Assembly (NCBI GenBank): GCA_048128005.1
Contig: JBEUKZ010000016.1
Coordinates: 496,001 to 560,000 of the forward strand
Direction of reading: 5' to 3'
DNA length: 64,000 nucleotides
Source of the DNA: Veleropilina oligotropha
Lineage: Eukaryota
The position numbers and the translations under genes are program-made. The notes under the pieces were generated by a model. It ran no database searches and was not told the origin of the DNA. It worked only from the letters and a program-made list of their open reading frames with translations. This document shows, piece after piece, positions 60,607 to 64,000 of this stretch. Each line of letters begins with the position of its first letter. The stretch's first letter is position 1.

Positions 60607-61766
60607 CGTGTGTGTGTGTGTGTACTCGTGCATGTACAAACACGCATACATTGTGCGGCAACAGTGATTGATTGAAACAGAATGTTACAACCACTTTCAC
60701 ACGAATTCAGCAGTATGGCAGGCGCATCCCACCCCCATTCTCGACCACTTTACGTGCATATAGACTTTCGTCTGCTACACATAATTCAGGTACAGCTTTG
60801 CTTAACGTCATTGATCTTTGGTAACTATTTCGTTCAGCATTTTTGTGCTTTAGCCAGCAATGAAATAACTGAAGATGAGTTAGTGAGTTATTGTTTATTG
60901 TCCATCTAATACCCTCTTCTGGTCATACCAGGACATGTCCATGTTATCATTGGAGGAAAGTTCGGATAAGTATCCGGGAAAACCTGTCCAAATTTTTCGA
61001 CCTATAATAATAATGTGAAGATTTATCTGCGCTTTCCCACACATGAAATGCGTGCTCAAAGCGCTTACATTATTATTCCCCTGGTTATTGGCCTGTTCAT
61101 TCATATTCCTTCTCAACTCTCTCTGAGAGTATTACGGTCAAGTACATGCCTGTTAGGCGCTTGACCAGTCATTCTGACATATTCTTCCACTGCCAACCAG
61201 GTACCCATTTAGATCTCAGATCGGCTGGGTGAATTTGCTGCACGCTATCAATTCAGGTGTGTCTTGAACAATGTTATTTTCTTACAGGGTCTCATTCATG
61301 TAAAGTACATTATTGACATATTTATCTAGAATCAAGAACCATAACCATTTCTTTCATATATTTAATAATGCTATAAAATTTATATACACACTACACAACA
61401 TCATTTTCAACATCATATATATATATATATACTAGTATTCATATTACATTTAATAATGGTGTATTATATATGGTCAATTATTATATAGTCTAAATATATA
61501 ATTTATTATTGCTCTTAAATTAAATTTAATAGCTTATTATTTCTTAAATTGATGTATTATAAATAGTCACTTATTATATAGTCTAGCTAGAATGGAAATT
61601 TCTTTACATTTATCATCATTTATACTTTTTAAATTTCTTGGCCATTTTTACCTTGGCCATTTTTACCCTTGGCCATTTTTACCTTGGCCATTTTTACCCT
61701 TGGCCATTTTTACCTTGGCCATTTTTACCTTTGCCATTTTTACCTTGGCCATTTTTACCTACACTC
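60229..61766. mobile_element. Non-autonomous Mutator-like (MULE/foldback) element
   Basis: 9-bp TSD ctgttagtg (60220-28, 61767-75); G..C termini; inverted subterminal arrays of the 15-mer ggtaaaaatggccaa (60236-60328 / 61638-61759). Confidence 0.8.
60524..60624. repeat. (TA)n-(TG)n microsatellite
   Basis: Direct reading; a second (TA)n at ~60396-60426. Confidence 0.95.
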
Positions 61767-61942
61767 CTGTTAGTGCCAACGCAAAATCAACAAATACGAC
61801 ACAAGTTGAACGTGACTCGATCCAACCGGTAGGCTACGAACTGGAACGGACCATTATGGATGCTCTGGCGGCTAAAAATAGTCGCACTCATTCGTGTCTC
61901 ATTGTTAGTTTTCTCTCACCTCTCTGTATAGGCCTCCTCACC

Positions 61943-62345
61943 ATGCATCCGAAGGACAAGGGCGCCGACATATGCAAGCAAAGCAAGAAGCTGGAAAGAA
62001 GTTTTTCCAAAAAGAAAACACCAGCTGCTCCTCCTGTCATCAGGCAACGTGAACAGGAACAGACCTCTACCGACTCTCCCACTCTCACTTCAGAAAACTC
62101 TGACAAAGAACCGGATGCCGAGGTTCGTAATATAATGCCAATTGAAGTATACTTAACCTCCCTAAAAGAGACTCGGCGTGATTCGTCTGTCATGGAGAAA
62201 CGAAGAAAGAAGTCCTCTCCTATGATCAATTCAGATGAGAAAGAGATGGCACTAGTTGTGTGGATGCTGCAGCGCACATATATTTGACAAACCAAACAAA
62301 AAGTACAAATTAAGATATGTCGTATAAAGGTCGCCTCTGTGACCA
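61943..62345 (+). pseudogene. Degenerate MADF/Myb-SANT-like protein fragment, probably from a PIF/Harbinger-group element
   Basis: Low-complexity N-terminus, then SDEKEMALVVWMLQRTYI*..KDMSYKGRL, resembling the start of a MADF domain; stop and frameshift present. Confidence 0.4.
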
Positions 62346-62719
62346 TTGTCGCACTCAGAACCTCCTCTTGGCGGTTGCGGTTGTCGGCGCCAGCGCTGTA
62401 CACTACCCGGCGAGCGAGGTGGAGCTTATAATTAACCTGAGCCTGCTTTGCCTGGACCTGCAGAAGTCCAAGACAGAGGTGCTATATGCAGAAAACTCAG
62501 AAACATAATGCGCATGACATTGTCCGCAGTCGAAAAACTGAAATCATAGGCCCTATTTATAGGCCAATCGCTGAGTGATTTGTTATTCATCATGTATCGT
62601 TCTTCATTCGTTATTGTATCATTGGTATCGTTCTGGTTCGCATGCATACGCTGTAAATCGCTGTTAGTAGTATCTCGTCTATCTTAATCGTTGCAGAACG
62701 TTGCAATCCGCTGCTAAAC

Positions 62720-62897
62720 GGTCCATGTGACACTTGACAATTCAGCTTTCCATCTTCATTATTCACTGATGGAAAGCTCGAAAGCACAGCAGTAGGCTAC
62801 TAACATTACTTCTAACTTCTTACTTCCATATAGATACAGTATATATAATATATAATAATGAAGATGGAAAGCTGAATTGTAAAGTGTCACACAGACC
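62720..62897. mobile_element. Small MITE/hairpin with ~42-bp inverted arms
   Basis: ggtccatgtgacacttgacaattcagctttccatcttcattat versus ataatgaagatggaaagctgaattgtaaagtgtcacacagacc. Confidence 0.6.
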
Positions 62898-64000
62898 CTA
62901 AACGTGCTGGTTCGCTGCTGTAAATCTTATAGTACTGTTACAATATGATGCCTAAAGTACTTAGTGAGTAGATCTTTATTAATGATTCATTACTATTGTA
63001 TAAGTTTTAATATTAAAATAATGTACTAATGACATCGCACTGAGCACCCCTGCCAAAAGAGATTGATCTTGACCTGTGATCTAATATAATTGTGTGTATA
63101 TTGTTAATGACATCTAGTTGCCTGATAGTAGCTATTGACGTCACGTAATTCGGGCATATTTATATAACTGAAAGAGATTAATGATGTTTAGTTCTGAGTT
63201 CAAAATGAATGACGCCCGTATTCCGTATTTATGAAACATAAGGTCATAGGAGTCAATTCGTCACTCCGTGTCAAAATGCGTGTGAAACAAGCGAGACGAA
63301 TCCAAAGCACGAGATCCGATGCAGTAGTGAGATGTAAACTCAATGACTCCAGCGGATAGTGTCTTGTCACAGGGACGTTATCGCATACCACCGCATTCCG
63401 TCATGGATAACACAACGGTCCTTTATGTCGGAATGACCAGAGTCGGCTGAGTAGAGACAGAAACTTACGTAGATCCGAGTATACAGTTAGCTGGAAATGG
63501 CTTTAAAGCCAGCGAACTGTTTATACTCTATAGGATACTAGACGACACGAATGATGAAGACCATTAACCTCCCATCGTTGTTCTCCGAACTTATGGCAAA
63601 CAATTGCAGACTACAGAACTATTTATCTCATTAACACTGTAACGCGGTGACGGGCGTTCCGCCAGTTCTCGAAGTCCGATCTGAGGCACCACCAAACGGC
63701 CCGTAGCGTCACATACATCGTGTCTTCTGACTGCGAATAGCAGCGACTCAGAAAGACGCGCAATCACAGTCGTAGCTGTACCGTGTTGCATCGAGTCATT
63801 TCTAGTAAGTTCTCTCTGAATTCTTTGCTCATCGCGAACGATTCAGGAAGGAGGTGAAGCAATACGAAGAGTAAAGAAACGATTACAACTGCAACTAATC
63901 CAATGTACGGATACCGGCGACTGGCCTCTATCCGTGTTGGTAGTGCAGATGTTTTTAACATATAATACGACAGTGGCGAATCGGCTGGCGAACCACTGCC

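Noticed and set aside
60445..60700. YIYIYI-repeat ORFs
   Set aside because: Translation of the (TA)n microsatellite.
60236..61759. Regular 15-bp repeats resembling a CRISPR array or repeat protein (ORF 61592-62287 N-terminus)
   Set aside because: No spacers and no cas genes; they are inverted subterminal repeats of a MULE-like element with a 9-bp TSD.

Overview
This is AT-rich eukaryotic DNA, probably from a marine invertebrate (inferred from the repeat types, not determined). It is almost entirely nested transposable elements, apparently inside introns of a minus-strand host gene with a Sushi/CCP exon at 26623-26820. Main elements: (1) an apparently intact autonomous PIF/Harbinger transposon (12262-18835) with 27-bp TIRs, a CAG TSD, a two-exon DDE transposase and a two-exon Myb/SANT partner gene; (2) a full-length decayed CR1/L2-group LINE (30126-35497, 12-bp TSD) whose ORF2 begins with a virus-like 2A 'StopGo' motif (GDIESNPGP); (3) two ~7.4-kb DIRS1-type tyrosine-recombinase retrotransposons in inverted orientation (38827-46240 +, 48844-56247 -) with complete ITR/ICR termini; (4) many Helentron/HINE-like elements with ~137-190-bp tandem monomers; (5) a non-autonomous Helitron, a Tc1 relic, Kolobok-like and MULE-like MITEs, CAGGG-terminated MITEs with 7-bp TSDs, and SINE/LINE fragments. 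No prokaryotic features, CRISPR arrays or rRNA/tRNA genes were seen. All calls come from manual reading; no database searches were run.
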